The translations under genes and the position numbers were made by a program. Shown here in pieces: positions 39,228-49,106 of a stretch of 64,000 nt of DNA (the stretch's first letter is position 1; each line of letters starts with the position of its first letter). The stretch covers positions 15,329-79,328 of IMG/VR virus record IMGVR_UViG_2974723840_000001; one strand, given 5' to 3'. The notes below the pieces were generated by a model, which was given only the letters and a program-made list of their open reading frames with translations, was not told where the DNA came from and did not search any database. The DNA is from Exceevirus Xc38 (taxonomy: Duplodnaviria > Heunggongvirae > Uroviricota > Caudoviricetes > Schitoviridae).

Positions 39228-41855
39228 CTAAGCTGCTTCCTTGAGTTTTGCGTAGTACTTTGCCATGGCTGTATCAACCACATTACATAGTTCTACTTTG
39301 TTTGCAGTCCTCGGTAATGTAATACCGTGTGACCAGTTAGGGTGGAATAAATCCAAATCACCACCTAATTTAACTTCGTCATGCCAGATCTCAGGAAGAC
39401 CTTGCCACTCCATCTCTTTAGTGAGGTGTTTGTTTGCGAACTCTACTACCTCTAAGTCATCTTCGATAACTAGATAGATAGCATCATGAATTAGAGCTAC
39501 AGGCATAATCCGATACTTGTATGGAGATGCCCAGACTTTCTTCATGAATGCCACAGCAGCACGGTTATTCAATAGGCCGTATGATTGACCCATAGCATTA
39601 CCTGCTGTTCTGGCTTCAGCTTGTGCTTCGTACGTAGTGTAGGAGTTACCTAACACTGTCTTCTTGAGAAGAGGTGTACGTAGTTTCAAACCAAAGGCTA
39701 AGATAACAAAGCCTTGTTCTACAGCTTCCTTCTGAATACGATTGGCAATGAACTTATCTGAGTGTTCATAAAGCTCGTGATATAGAGCTTCAATCTGCTT
39801 AGCAACTTCTTCGCTAAAACCGCAGTTCTTAATTAAGCCGTGGTAAGTACCACCATACGTAAGTAAGAAGGTAGGTGCTTTAGAGTCTTGACGTTCATCT
39901 GGATACTTCTTTTCAATACTGTTAATTGACTCTACAGAAGTAGGATCAATACCAGTCATCTTGTGACCAAAGTATGAGAAAGCACGTAGACAGTGACCAT
40001 CGTAACCATCTGTATAAACCTTTAACTTGTTAGGGTCTTTGGTTAATAGAGCTGAGATACGGTCTTCTAATGATGCAAAGTCTGCACCACAGAAAATCTT
40101 ACCTACAGGCCCGGCAAAGCAAGTCTTAATTAACTTACCTAAAGGCCCAGATGCAGGGATCTGTTGTAGGTTAGGTTCACTACCAGATAAGCGACCTGAC
40201 TTAGTACCACCAATGTTGAACGAACCATGAAGGTAAGCTCTACCATCAGCTTTAAGCCAAGCATCTTCAAATGCAGGTATGAAGGCAGATAGAATCTTAG
40301 CGATCTTAGAATACTTGCGTAATGCATTAAGTACTTCAAGCTTCTCTTCATCACCTGTATGTTTGGTTAGAGATTTAATAATCTTTTCACCAGTGGCTCT
40401 ATCTCCTTCTTTGGTGTATTCCAGTACTGGCATTTCCATTACGTCATACAGAAGGATTGCTAGTTGCTGACCGCTGTTGTAGTTAATAGGATCATTAAAC
40501 TTCTCACGTGGATGCTGCTTAGTTTTGAGCTTAGCATTAGTCTTCATCATCTCACTGAGCTGAATCCGGTTAGTTGCTTCTTTCACGTAAGCATTAGCTT
40601 CCATGATGTCAATAAGCTCTTTACATTCGCTTTCTAGCTGAGCTTTTACTTCCTGAACTCGTTCAGGTATTAAAGGCATACCATGACACTCAATCTGGAT
40701 AATCAGAACTGCAGAAGGAATCATCAAATTAAGATAGATCTCTTCTTGGTTCTCCTCAACCATGATTGGGTAGTAGGTTTGATGTACGTACCACGTAGAT
40801 AGACAATCCACTAAGTTATAGCGTAATAGTCTGTCAGGTGGGATACGTCTAATATCCTTGATATCGTCCTCTGCCCAGTTACCTGCAAACTTGTGAGCTA
40901 GGCTTTTTAAACCATAGCTTTCACGTGCAGTACTGTTAAGACTCAGATACGCAATGATCTTAGTATCATCAAAGCAACGAGTTAATACCTCAATTCCTTT
41001 GAGCATACCTTCGTAATCTAGTGGATGTTTCATCCATAGAGCATGAACCAAACACTTGAAGTCAAAGGTAGCGTTATGTGCAATGAGCTTACCTCGATAA
41101 CCCTCAAAGAACTTACGGAGTAATTCCTTGGTTCTAGGAGCTTCTCCACGTACACCGTGGAATCCGTTCTCTGGTTGAACAGGTGTGTACTCAACAAAGA
41201 ATGCACAGCCTGAATCAATAGAATCAGCAAATGCAATAGTACCTAAACCTGCATCACGTAGGTTCAATGAGAAAGTCTCAATATCTACTACTAGCTGAGG
41301 TTGGTTATGCAAGTAAGCTAACTCTTTCTTGATACCGGATAAACTGTTTGGGTAACGCTCTTCACGAATGATGTCTGCACCTATCTCCACATACGCACCA
41401 TGGTAGTGAGTAGTAACTGCTTCGATAGACAGATCAATCTTTTCTTGTTGGTTTGGGTTATGGATCAATGCACCATAGCCTAACGAGTAGACTACGAACA
41501 TATCTTCATAACCTGGAATACCACAAGGCAGAACATAACCTAAGTTGGTGTCTGCTTTAGGTGTCTTGGCTAATACCTTGAAATAAGCAGAGTCTGCACA
41601 GAATAGGTACTTGACTCCTGCAGCTTTGAACTGCTCAAGCCATGTACCTAAATAGTCCTTAATCAAACTAGCAGGTGCTTTGTTTGACTTAAGATACTCA
41701 AGGCTGAATGCAACAATCTCTTCACGAGGAATACCTGCATCAACCATAGGGTTTACATAGTGTTGTACTAGCTTGCCTTCTCTGAAAGCAGACTCTTTAA
41801 TGAGAATCCCAATCTTAGGATTAGGATCTCCATCAACAAACTTTAGTGTCTTCAC
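39228..41855 (-). CDS. Family A DNA polymerase (Pol I-like, with a 3'-5' exonuclease domain).
   Basis: Exo I VVDIETFSL is present. Exo II YNLVDCLSTWYV is present. Pol motif A GADFASLEDRISA is present. Pol motif C ALIHDAIYLVIEDD is present. 875 aa. Confidence 0.88.
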   Translation of the reverse strand: MKTLKFVDGDPNPKIGILIKESAFREGKLVQHYVNPMVDAGIPREEIVAFSLEYLKSNKAPASLIKDYLGTWLEQFKAAGVKYLFCADSAYFKVLAKTPKADTNLGYVLPCGIPGYEDMFVVYSLGYGALIHNPNQQEKIDLSIEAVTTHYHGAYVEIGADIIREERYPNSLSGIKKELAYLHNQPQLVVDIETFSLNLRDAGLGTIAFADSIDSGCAFFVEYTPVQPENGFHGVRGEAPRTKELLRKFFEGYRGKLIAHNATFDFKCLVHALWMKHPLDYEGMLKGIEVLTRCFDDTKIIAYLSLNSTARESYGLKSLAHKFAGNWAEDDIKDIRRIPPDRLLRYNLVDCLSTWYVHQTYYPIMVEENQEEIYLNLMIPSAVLIIQIECHGMPLIPERVQEVKAQLESECKELIDIMEANAYVKEATNRIQLSEMMKTNAKLKTKQHPREKFNDPINYNSGQQLAILLYDVMEMPVLEYTKEGDRATGEKIIKSLTKHTGDEEKLEVLNALRKYSKIAKILSAFIPAFEDAWLKADGRAYLHGSFNIGGTKSGRLSGSEPNLQQIPASGPLGKLIKTCFAGPVGKIFCGADFASLEDRISALLTKDPNKLKVYTDGYDGHCLRAFSYFGHKMTGIDPTSVESINSIEKKYPDERQDSKAPTFLLTYGGTYHGLIKNCGFSEEVAKQIEALYHELYEHSDKFIANRIQKEAVEQGFVILAFGLKLRTPLLKKTVLGNSYTTYEAQAEARTAGNAMGQSYGLLNNRAAVAFMKKVWASPYKYRIMPVALIHDAIYLVIEDDLEVVEFANKHLTKEMEWQGLPEIWHDEVKLGGDLDLFHPNWSHGITLPRTANKVELCNVVDTAMAKYYAKLKEAA

Positions 41856-41866
41856 ATAGTGGCTCC

Positions 41867-42343
41867 TTAGTTACCATGGTTTACGTGATAACCTAAATCA
41901 TTCTCTGCCTTTTTACGGGCAGCTACTGCTTCTTCTATAGTTTTAAAACTACCAAGTGACTTAGCCTTACCTTTGTGACCAATAATCGCCCTAAACTTAC
42001 CTCTTTCTGCATATACTCCTGTATAACCAGTAGTGTTGGCTTTAGAGGTAGTTTTATTTCTAGCATTTTCAGTACGAGTAACTTCTCTTAAGTTACTCCA
42101 CTTATTATTGCTTCTGTCGTGATCTATGTGATCTACAAATTCAGGCAAGTAACCTTTTTGGTGTAACCATATAAGTCTGTGAACACCTATCTGTTTACCG
42201 CATATATAAACCCTGTAATAACCCTTATCAGAAATAGAACCTACTGTTTTTCCTACCATATTGCTCATACGATGGGTTTTCCAGGTAGCAACTCCTGTAT
42301 TTGGGTCATAGTTAATACGGCTTCTGATGTAATCAGCATCCAT
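41867..42343 (-). CDS. HNH homing endonuclease.
   Basis: YYRVYICGKQIGVHRLIWLHQKGYLPEFVDHIDHDRSNNKWSNLREVTRTENARN. Confidence 0.7.
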   Translation of the reverse strand: MDADYIRSRINYDPNTGVATWKTHRMSNMVGKTVGSISDKGYYRVYICGKQIGVHRLIWLHQKGYLPEFVDHIDHDRSNNKWSNLREVTRTENARNKTTSKANTTGYTGVYAERGKFRAIIGHKGKAKSLGSFKTIEEAVAARKKAENDLGYHVNHGN

Positions 42344-42870
42344 TACATTGCTACTCCAATCATGCGGCGCATATCAAACATTCCAAAGTGTTGTTCGTAT
42401 ATACGATTAAACTCTTCAACATCTGACATAAGCATTTCTGGTTTACTTGGTAATTGGAAGAACTGAGCTTCTTGAATGGAAGGGTGTAACACTTCAGGTA
42501 GAAGCTGTAATAGATCTTCCTGATACTTTGCGATACGGATTGCGTGTGCAACCATATTCTGAAGAATACGCTTCTCTTCAGTAACTTCTTCTACAAACAT
42601 TGCAAAGCTTGGTTGGAACTCAGGTACGAGAGTTTCGTGTAATGGTTTAACACCACCACGTAGAGGAACATCCTCATCCATAAAGTAATGAATACCTTTG
42701 TACTTAAACTGCATTATACCATTGTGGTAGGCTTCAGCTTGACGCTTACAAAACTGAGCTACAATACGCTTCCATGCTCCGTTTGCAGATTCAAATAGAT
42801 CTCTATGCATCTGTCTAAGTAAACGCGCATTAGAGTCCATTACCTGCTTACGGGCTAAATAATCAGACAT
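42343..42870 (-). CDS. Hypothetical protein, 175 aa.
   Basis: ORF only. Confidence 0.45.
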   Translation of the reverse strand: MSDYLARKQVMDSNARLLRQMHRDLFESANGAWKRIVAQFCKRQAEAYHNGIMQFKYKGIHYFMDEDVPLRGGVKPLHETLVPEFQPSFAMFVEEVTEEKRILQNMVAHAIRIAKYQEDLLQLLPEVLHPSIQEAQFFQLPSKPEMLMSDVEEFNRIYEQHFGMFDMRRMIGVAM

Positions 42871-44108
42871 TAGATATCTCCTGTAAATACAACACGGTCA
42901 CGTGCACGACTTGCAGCTACATAAAGTAAGCGATGCTTAAGAGAGGTTTCTCTACAGCGACCAATATTATTAAGGTCAACAAACACAGTATCGTAAGTAC
43001 TGCCTTGTGCTTTATTAACCGTAGCACCGTAAGGATGACGGATGTCAGCGTAGCGCTTCTCAAGTACTTCTACTTTGTTAAAGTCCTTATTTGCATAAGC
43101 TTCTTTGGTAGCTGCATCTACTTCCTCAAATGAGTAAGGCTGAATAAGTACATGGTTGTTCTGGTTAGTTATATTTCTACAAGCAATACCATACCCATCT
43201 TTGTACCAATGGCCTATATCCATTACTGTCATAGTTGCATCAGCAGCATATTTGAAGTTATCTCCTGTTCTGCTTCCGCGTCTGTAAGTCTTAGCTAGGA
43301 TTACAGTGTCACCTTCTTGGATGTCACCAGATCCATTGAGTATCTGGCTTACGTACTGGTTATAGTAATCAGCACGATCATTAGTCCAAGCAAGTACACG
43401 GCAATTGAGAGACTGAGAGAACGTATTACTAATTTCTGCTAAGAAGTCTTCTTGGTTTAAGTGGAGAATATTAACACCATCTACACCTGCCTTCGGCATT
43501 GCCCCACCAGTACGCACCAATTCTCGTAGATTGCGAGATAGGACTTGAATAGGGGAATTATGCCCCTGACGTTTAATCTCCTTCATAACGACTGTTTGAA
43601 AGCCTTTATTGAATAAGGGGGATTCTGTATAGCCTACTGGAGGTAATTGGTAGGGATCACCCATAAGAATAAACTTACAGTTACGAGTCTTAGTTTTGAT
43701 CGCTACCCATAGCTCTTCAGATACAAACGATACTTCATCAATGATGATAATAGAGTCTTCAATAGCTACACCTGGCTCATACTGAATCTGAGACTGCTTA
43801 AAACCAATAGAACGAACTCGAATACCTAACAATGAATTGATGGTAGTAACTTCTCGTCCTGTGGCTTGTGAGAGCGCATCAGCTGCTTTGTTTGTGGTAG
43901 CAGTAAGATAGATAGGTTGATCTTCAAAAGCACCTGCAGTGAGAGCTACAGTAGTCTTCCACTCAATCATGAATGTATTAATCAGAGTGGTCTTGCCTGT
44001 CCCGGCCCCACCTTCAATTACTAGATACTTTTGAGAAGGGTCTGTAATTAGTTTAACAATAGCTGCGTATGCAGCTTCTTGACACTTTGTCAGTGTTATT
44101 GCTGTCAT
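42870..44108 (-). CDS. SF1 DNA helicase of the Dda/RecD/Pif1-like type.
   Basis: Walker A GGAGTGKTTL is present. Motif Ia-like TATTNKAADAL is present. Walker B IIIDEVSFV is present. A C-terminal helicase arm LLYVAASRARD is present. Confidence 0.8.
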   Translation of the reverse strand: MTAITLTKCQEAAYAAIVKLITDPSQKYLVIEGGAGTGKTTLINTFMIEWKTTVALTAGAFEDQPIYLTATTNKAADALSQATGREVTTINSLLGIRVRSIGFKQSQIQYEPGVAIEDSIIIIDEVSFVSEELWVAIKTKTRNCKFILMGDPYQLPPVGYTESPLFNKGFQTVVMKEIKRQGHNSPIQVLSRNLRELVRTGGAMPKAGVDGVNILHLNQEDFLAEISNTFSQSLNCRVLAWTNDRADYYNQYVSQILNGSGDIQEGDTVILAKTYRRGSRTGDNFKYAADATMTVMDIGHWYKDGYGIACRNITNQNNHVLIQPYSFEEVDAATKEAYANKDFNKVEVLEKRYADIRHPYGATVNKAQGSTYDTVFVDLNNIGRCRETSLKHRLLYVAASRARDRVVFTGDI

Positions 44109-44125
44109 GGTTTTTCCTAATAAAA

Positions 44126-44149
44126 ATAGCTAGACCGAAGCCTAGCTAT
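44126..44149 (-). terminator. Stem-loop ATAGCTAG-(9 nt)-CTAGCTAT followed by a U-rich tract on the minus strand.
   Basis: Inverted repeat read from the sequence. Possible partial terminator or attenuator between the vWA and helicase genes. Confidence 0.35.
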
Positions 44150-44161
44150 GCAGACCTAAGC

Positions 44162-45388
44162 CTAGTTGTTGAAGTGGATTGCTGTACCGAATAAAGGTTT
44201 GAATCCAGGGTTGTCGTAGATACACCAGATCACAGGTTTCTTAGGATCTAGTCTAATGTCTTGATGTAAGTAACCATCAGTAAGAATGATTAAAGCTTTA
44301 GACTTTTGGTCATCCTTGAATACTTCAAGTACTGGATCAATATTAGTACCACCACCACCTTTGAACTCTAACTGCATAAAGTCACGTACAGAACAGCATT
44401 GATCGTTACCTTGTAACTGATGGTCAAACTGCATTACGTTAATCTCTTTAGGCTGAAAGTTCTTAAATACATAAGCGATTTCAGACATGAAGCGGTTAAA
44501 GTCAGATACAGATACTGAACCAGAAGTATCAATAGCAAAGCTGATACGTCCAATACCTTCACTGTATAGTGATGGCATTACAATATTCTGACTGATGAAG
44601 CGGCGGTTAGGTTTACGCCATGAGTAATCATTCTTGTTAATACTGAACAAGAACTTAGCAAGGATCTTAGTCCAAGGTAACTTAGGATTAAGTAAGTCCT
44701 CTAGATGACGCTCTAACTCGCCAGGGATTGTACCTGGTTTATCACCACTCATCTGTGAAATCTGAGTAGCTGAAGCAAGTAAATCCTTGTTGTGCTCTTC
44801 TGCTTGTGCAGCGGTAGGTTTAGGGATACCACCGATACCGTTACCACCGTTACCTTGGTTTCCGTCTCCATCACCATCCTGTCCTGGATCTTGTAGATCA
44901 GGCCATGGGTTAGAAGGGCCAGTACCCTTACCTTCATCTTGCTTCTGCATTAGATCTGCGTAGATCTCATCTGCAGACATGTCACGATAGTCTACGTTGT
45001 GTAAACCACCTTTAGGCATCTTGAAGTTACGCTTAATCAACTCATCGTTAATTACATAGTCACCTGCTTTGTTCCACAGTTCATGATCACGGAATCCTTT
45101 ACGAATGCCATGGTCATATACGTTATGCATGATTTCATGTAGCAGCAAGAAAATCTTCTCTTCGTTATCTAGACTCATGAAGAAGTCTGGATTGAAGAAT
45201 AGATTGATACCATCTGTAGCAGCTGTAGGTACTTCATCTGCAGTAACCCAGTGAACAGGAGACTGTAGGATAAGAGTTGAGAAGAACGCACAGTCCTTCT
45301 TCAACATTAATTTCACTTTGGCTTTAGATAAAGATTCAACTGCAGCCTGTGGTGGCGGATTAATTAGTGCCATTTGGTTTAACTCCAA
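44162..45388 (-). CDS. vWA-domain protein with an N-terminal putative metallopeptidase-like domain (HExxH); DUF2201-type partner of the MoxR ATPase.
   Basis: HEIMHNVYDHG (HExxH) is present. The MIDAS motif IDTSGSVS is present. It is paired with the AAA+ ATPase two genes upstream. Confidence 0.6.
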   Translation of the reverse strand: MELNQMALINPPPQAAVESLSKAKVKLMLKKDCAFFSTLILQSPVHWVTADEVPTAATDGINLFFNPDFFMSLDNEEKIFLLLHEIMHNVYDHGIRKGFRDHELWNKAGDYVINDELIKRNFKMPKGGLHNVDYRDMSADEIYADLMQKQDEGKGTGPSNPWPDLQDPGQDGDGDGNQGNGGNGIGGIPKPTAAQAEEHNKDLLASATQISQMSGDKPGTIPGELERHLEDLLNPKLPWTKILAKFLFSINKNDYSWRKPNRRFISQNIVMPSLYSEGIGRISFAIDTSGSVSVSDFNRFMSEIAYVFKNFQPKEINVMQFDHQLQGNDQCCSVRDFMQLEFKGGGGTNIDPVLEVFKDDQKSKALIILTDGYLHQDIRLDPKKPVIWCIYDNPGFKPLFGTAIHFNN

Positions 45389-45782
45389 TAGTGTGTAACA
45401 GCCAGTTGGCTGCAGAGATTTCTTCGAGTTCCTTAACCTTTTTCTTGGTTATTCTTGGAATACCCTTACGCTTTCCATCCTTCTTGTATTGAACAAGTTG
45501 GTTTGGTTTATCAATTGTTGGGAAATTATACGCAAAGTAGGAATAATCCTCTGTGAGTTCATATTCCCAAATAAAAGCTACTCCTATATCAGCAGCTACT
45601 TGTAGAAAGTCCGGGTAGATGTCTGAGTTCCAGATCATGTACTCATTCCAATAGGAGCAATCTTCATCCATGTTGTTGTATCCGATACACAGATAATTAA
45701 GTAGGTTATGATGGGGTGTCCATAAGTGGCCTATATCAGCCTGACATATTGTTTCAAAGTTACTCATATAATTTCCTAACAA
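45360..45782 (-). CDS. Hypothetical protein, 140 aa.
   Basis: ORF only. Confidence 0.4.
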   Translation of the reverse strand: MLGNYMSNFETICQADIGHLWTPHHNLLNYLCIGYNNMDEDCSYWNEYMIWNSDIYPDFLQVAADIGVAFIWEYELTEDYSYFAYNFPTIDKPNQLVQYKKDGKRKGIPRITKKKVKELEEISAANWLLHTIGVKPNGTN

Positions 45783-45806
45783 AAAATAGGGACTCCGTAG
45801 AGTCCC
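45781..45806 (-). terminator. Intrinsic terminator for the minus strand: GGGACUC-UACG-GAGUCCC followed by UAUUUUUUGUU.
   Basis: 7-bp stem with a U-run on the minus strand, just downstream of the MoxR gene. Confidence 0.65.
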
Positions 45807-45814
45807 TTGTTTAC

Positions 45815-46861
45815 TTAATCAGACATTAAGTGTTTTGCGTTCTTAGTTAACCAAGCACGTACATCTGCATTAGTTACTAACATAGGATCACGGCGTGTAA
45901 AGTCAGTGAACGTACGTAACTGGAACTCAGCAGGCATACGAGCAATGAACTTCATTACTTGAGATACAGAATCAAGTTTAGTTTGAGCACCAATAGAGCC
46001 TGACAATGCAAACAATGTAGACATTTCTTTTGGTACATCAATGTTTTCTGGATCTTTAATAATGTCTGCATAAGTAGGCAAGTTAGTAAAGTTCTTACAG
46101 AAGTTCATGAAGTTGGTTGCTACACCATCAGAGATTGCACCAGAAACTAAGTCTTTAAGCATCTTAGAGTTCATGCCTGTAGTCTTAACGATACTATCTA
46201 CCATTCCCCAAGTACGAGGACATGGGAATGTATCAGCATCACTGGTAGCATCAAAGCGATGTAAATCATCTGGTTTGAACTTAATGTATGAAGTGATTTC
46301 ATGACATACACCAGTAGATAATGCCCAGTCTAACCATGCATCAACAGATACTTGAATGTTGATATGTGCCATACGTGATTTCAATGCTGTAGACATCTCA
46401 CCAGTAACAGCAGCACCATCATCAATTAAGTTACCTGCAGATACGATACGTACCTTTTCATGGATTGGGTTCTGACCTACTTGACGATCAAGAACTAACT
46501 GATAAGCAGCTGCTTGTACAGCCATAGGAGCGTTAGTGATTTCGTCTAAGAACAGCAACCAACCTTCATAACCATCAGGTACTTCATCAGTAGATAATGG
46601 GAATGCTTCGTTAGGCATATAGCGACTGCGATTGTCAGAGATGAACGGAATACCAGATAAGTCTGTTGGATCACAAGTAGACAAACGGAAGTCAATAACT
46701 TTAAGTTTTAACTTGTCTGCTACTGTACGAATGATGTCAGATTTACCAATACCTGGAGAACCAAGTAGGTTTACAGGAATATCCGCTTTTACATATTCAA
46801 CAATTAATTGAGCTGCTTTATCGATTGTTACTTTCATTTTGCTTATCCTTTTCCACAACAA
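45815..46861 (-). CDS. MoxR-like AAA+ ATPase.
   Basis: Walker A LLGSPGIGKSD is present. Walker B LLFLDEITN is present. The sensor region is present. A likely start is the internal ATG at 46837 with an AAGGA RBS. Confidence 0.7.
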   Translation of the reverse strand: MLWKRISKMKVTIDKAAQLIVEYVKADIPVNLLGSPGIGKSDIIRTVADKLKLKVIDFRLSTCDPTDLSGIPFISDNRSRYMPNEAFPLSTDEVPDGYEGWLLFLDEITNAPMAVQAAAYQLVLDRQVGQNPIHEKVRIVSAGNLIDDGAAVTGEMSTALKSRMAHINIQVSVDAWLDWALSTGVCHEITSYIKFKPDDLHRFDATSDADTFPCPRTWGMVDSIVKTTGMNSKMLKDLVSGAISDGVATNFMNFCKNFTNLPTYADIIKDPENIDVPKEMSTLFALSGSIGAQTKLDSVSQVMKFIARMPAEFQLRTFTDFTRRDPMLVTNADVRAWLTKNAKHLMSD

Positions 46862-47030
46862 ATGTGTTGTGATAATTCATGATTAGACCTTTAAGGTCGT
46901 TAACGTCTGTGATTGGAAGTTGACTCTTGATTAGTTCCCAAGAGTCATCTAATGAATCTGATACTGTGTATAGAGGTACAAATTCTGGTTTGATCTTACT
47001 TGGCATTACTACCTTTTCTTGCCTTAACAA
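46818..47030 (-). CDS. Hypothetical small protein, 70 aa.
   Basis: ORF only. Confidence 0.3.
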   Translation of the reverse strand: MLRQEKVVMPSKIKPEFVPLYTVSDSLDDSWELIKSQLPITDVNDLKGLIMNYHNTFVVEKDKQNESNNR

Positions 47031-47283
47031 CGAAGTTCTGCAACTTCTTCAAAGTGTTAAGACCTTGAGCTTCCAAGAAGTTGATCATTGATTCGTGAGT
47101 AGGTGACATGTGGCCTTTTAATTTAACTAAGCCTTCGTCTGCCAATGCACGGCGAATTGTGATCTCTGCTACGTTAAAACGTAATGCTAACTCACGTTGA
47201 GTCATACGTTCTTTTTTAGGTAGCTTCCATTCAGCAACAACAAGTTTGATTTCAGCAGGTGTAAGAGATTTTTTAACTTTCAT
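46996..47283 (-). CDS. Helix-turn-helix DNA-binding protein; putative transcriptional regulator.
   Basis: MTQRELALRFNVAEITIRRAL is a classical HTH. Confidence 0.5.
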   Translation of the reverse strand: MKVKKSLTPAEIKLVVAEWKLPKKERMTQRELALRFNVAEITIRRALADEGLVKLKGHMSPTHESMINFLEAQGLNTLKKLQNFVVKARKGSNAK

Positions 47284-47743
47284 GGTTTCATTCCTATGAG
47301 AATTGATTTAGGTAAGTTGCCTTACCTAAAGCAACTTTGTTTATCGCAGTTGGAGAACCCAACCACAAAGGGGCACGTAGTGCCCATTAATCTAAATTAA
47401 TAATAGTACAGTCTGAGATCTTAACTAAGGATCTACTCCATATACCAAGACCCATCTGTTCTGAGTCTCCTAATTCTGGGATAGCCTTCGTATAGTTACC
47501 TAACTCAAATACTTGAAGACCTGCAACACCATCATCATGACTACGTAGAGGTGAGTGCCAGTACAAGTTGTCTTTTTTAGGCTCTGTATAGTAAGCCTAT
47601 ACAGTACCGTCTACATCCATTGCTATGTATCCATTTTCTAAGAACTCTGTAGGTACACTTATAGCTATACCTAAGTAGTTAATTACAGTTACCTTGGCTG
47701 CCCAAGCTACGAATAGTGACATGATTACTCCTAAATAAAAAAA

Positions 47744-47777
47744 GCCCTATATACCAACGGAGAGATATATAGGGCTA
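47744..47777 (-). terminator. Strong intrinsic terminator for the minus strand: AGCCCUAUAUA-(12 nt)-UAUAUAGGGCU followed by UUUUUUUAUUU. A second palindrome GGAGAGCA/UGCUCUCC lies at 47783-47798.
   Basis: 11-bp perfect inverted repeat plus a U7 run on the minus strand. Confidence 0.7.
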
Positions 47778-47799
47778 TAAATGGAGAGCATGCTCTCCG

Positions 47800-48388
47800 G
47801 GGGAAACTGGGTGATCCGTATCGACACAGTGGATCATTCTGCCTTTAAGTACGAGCACTCGTCTGACTTGTTACACGCTCTATTACATGGCCAACGAAAA
47901 TAAACCAGTAAGGAAGATCGTACCCGGAGGTATGACTGTATGGATACAGTCGGGTATATGCCACAAGCTAGGGCCATGAATCACATTCACTAAAGAACGT
48001 GTTACCCCTAGAGCCGGGGTCGGGCTATATTGCTCTCATTGGTGATGTGAATACCAGAGATTGCGAGTCTCTGTAAGTTTTAAGCCGAAGTCTATAACTC
48101 TCGTACTCTATGGGATTAACTGTATTAAAGCCCTTATTCAGTGTGTGTATTTCCAAAGTCTGACAGGCTGTGTCAAAGTCTTCCATACACGGTTCTGGTT
48201 CGCATATTCACATCCCAATGAGAACTTAACACGGATGTACTCTAGCACCAGGCTGAAGCATTGATCCATGTGATTCTCATTGACCTATTTAAACCATAGG
48301 TGGTTGCATGAGCAAGGGAAGTGAGTATCTAGAATCTCTTACCATATCCGCAAACAGCGTACAGGGGCTGCAGACCTCCTGTTACTGA
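47800..48388 (-). ncRNA. ORF-free, GC-elevated, highly structured transcribed region; candidate non-coding RNA or regulatory element.
   Basis: No ORF of 60 aa or longer on the minus strand across about 590 nt. Multiple stems are present (ACCCC-7nt-GGGGU near 48005). A long-range complement pairs TCTCATTGGTGATGTGAATA (about 48034) with TATTCACATCCCAATGAGA (about 48207). It lies just upstream of a strong terminator. Confidence 0.3.
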
Positions 48389-48763
48389 TCATCCTCTTGG
48401 CTTGCTCAATTCTTTAATGCCTTCATTGTAGGCATCCTTAATGATAGCTGCAAGGTATTCCTCACGAGCTTCTTTAGGTACTAATTTGATTGCTTCAAAC
48501 ACATCCTGTGGGATGGTTATAGCACGTTTAAAGTGCATGTTGTTTCTGCTCTCAGCATAGAACTCTACAATAGTTCCATCTGAAAGAGCTAATACAGATA
48601 TCATGGTATATCTAGGAGTGCCTAAGTGATTGTACGTAGTGAAATAGAACTTATCTATATCTATAGACAACTCATTCAATAGGTTTAGCACATTCCTGTT
48701 GTTTTCAACATAACAATATGCATCTATCGATTCATCAGCATGTACTGTTGGTAGGATTGACAT
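48389..48763 (-). CDS. Member of the small early paralogue family (C-terminal LxLxPxEAR..YL motif).
   Basis: C-terminal VFEAIKLVPKEAREEYLAAI. Confidence 0.5.
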   Translation of the reverse strand: MSILPTVHADESIDAYCYVENNRNVLNLLNELSIDIDKFYFTTYNHLGTPRYTMISVLALSDGTIVEFYAESRNNMHFKRAITIPQDVFEAIKLVPKEAREEYLAAIIKDAYNEGIKELSKPRG

Positions 48764-49106
48764 CTGATTCCACTCCTAATAATTCCTGTTCCCAAGCATC
48801 TGTAAGTGCTTCACGAACCCCCTCATTAGGTAGTAAAGACAGTTCAATGACTTGATCTACTGATAGTCTTAGACGCGGTAGTCTGTTTAGTTTGTGAAGA
48901 CTTATAATCCTTCTGGTTTCAAACGAGGCTATGGTAAAAACTCTATCTCCCTTTCTGAGGTCAGTAATTGAGTGATGATAGTAACCATGATTGACTATAA
49001 GCTCAGCAGCGTCATCTGTTTCTATGTAATAACCAGCCATAACCACCTCAATGTGCGAAGCACATCGCTTCATGTAATAACTTTGCGGAGTGCATAACAT
49101 CAGCAA
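48735..49106 (-). CDS. Member of the small early paralogue family.
   Basis: ELIVNHGYY and DQVIELSLLPNEGVREAL match the paralogue at 49048..49380. Confidence 0.5.
   Translation of the reverse strand: MLMLCTPQSYYMKRCASHIEVVMAGYYIETDDAAELIVNHGYYHHSITDLRKGDRVFTIASFETRRIISLHKLNRLPRLRLSVDQVIELSLLPNEGVREALTDAWEQELLGVESDVNPTNSTC

Noticed and set aside
47594-47722. 43-aa minus-strand ORF with a good RBS (AGGAGTAATC) between the HTH gene and the terminator.
   Set aside because: It is very short. Its stop lies in the loop of an 8-bp palindrome and no motif is recognisable. It could be a real micro-protein, but it is not supportable from the sequence alone.
48061-48264. 67-aa plus-strand ORF in the 47.8-48.4 kb structured region.
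   Set aside because: Same reasoning. It lies antisense within a probable ncRNA or leader, with no RBS.
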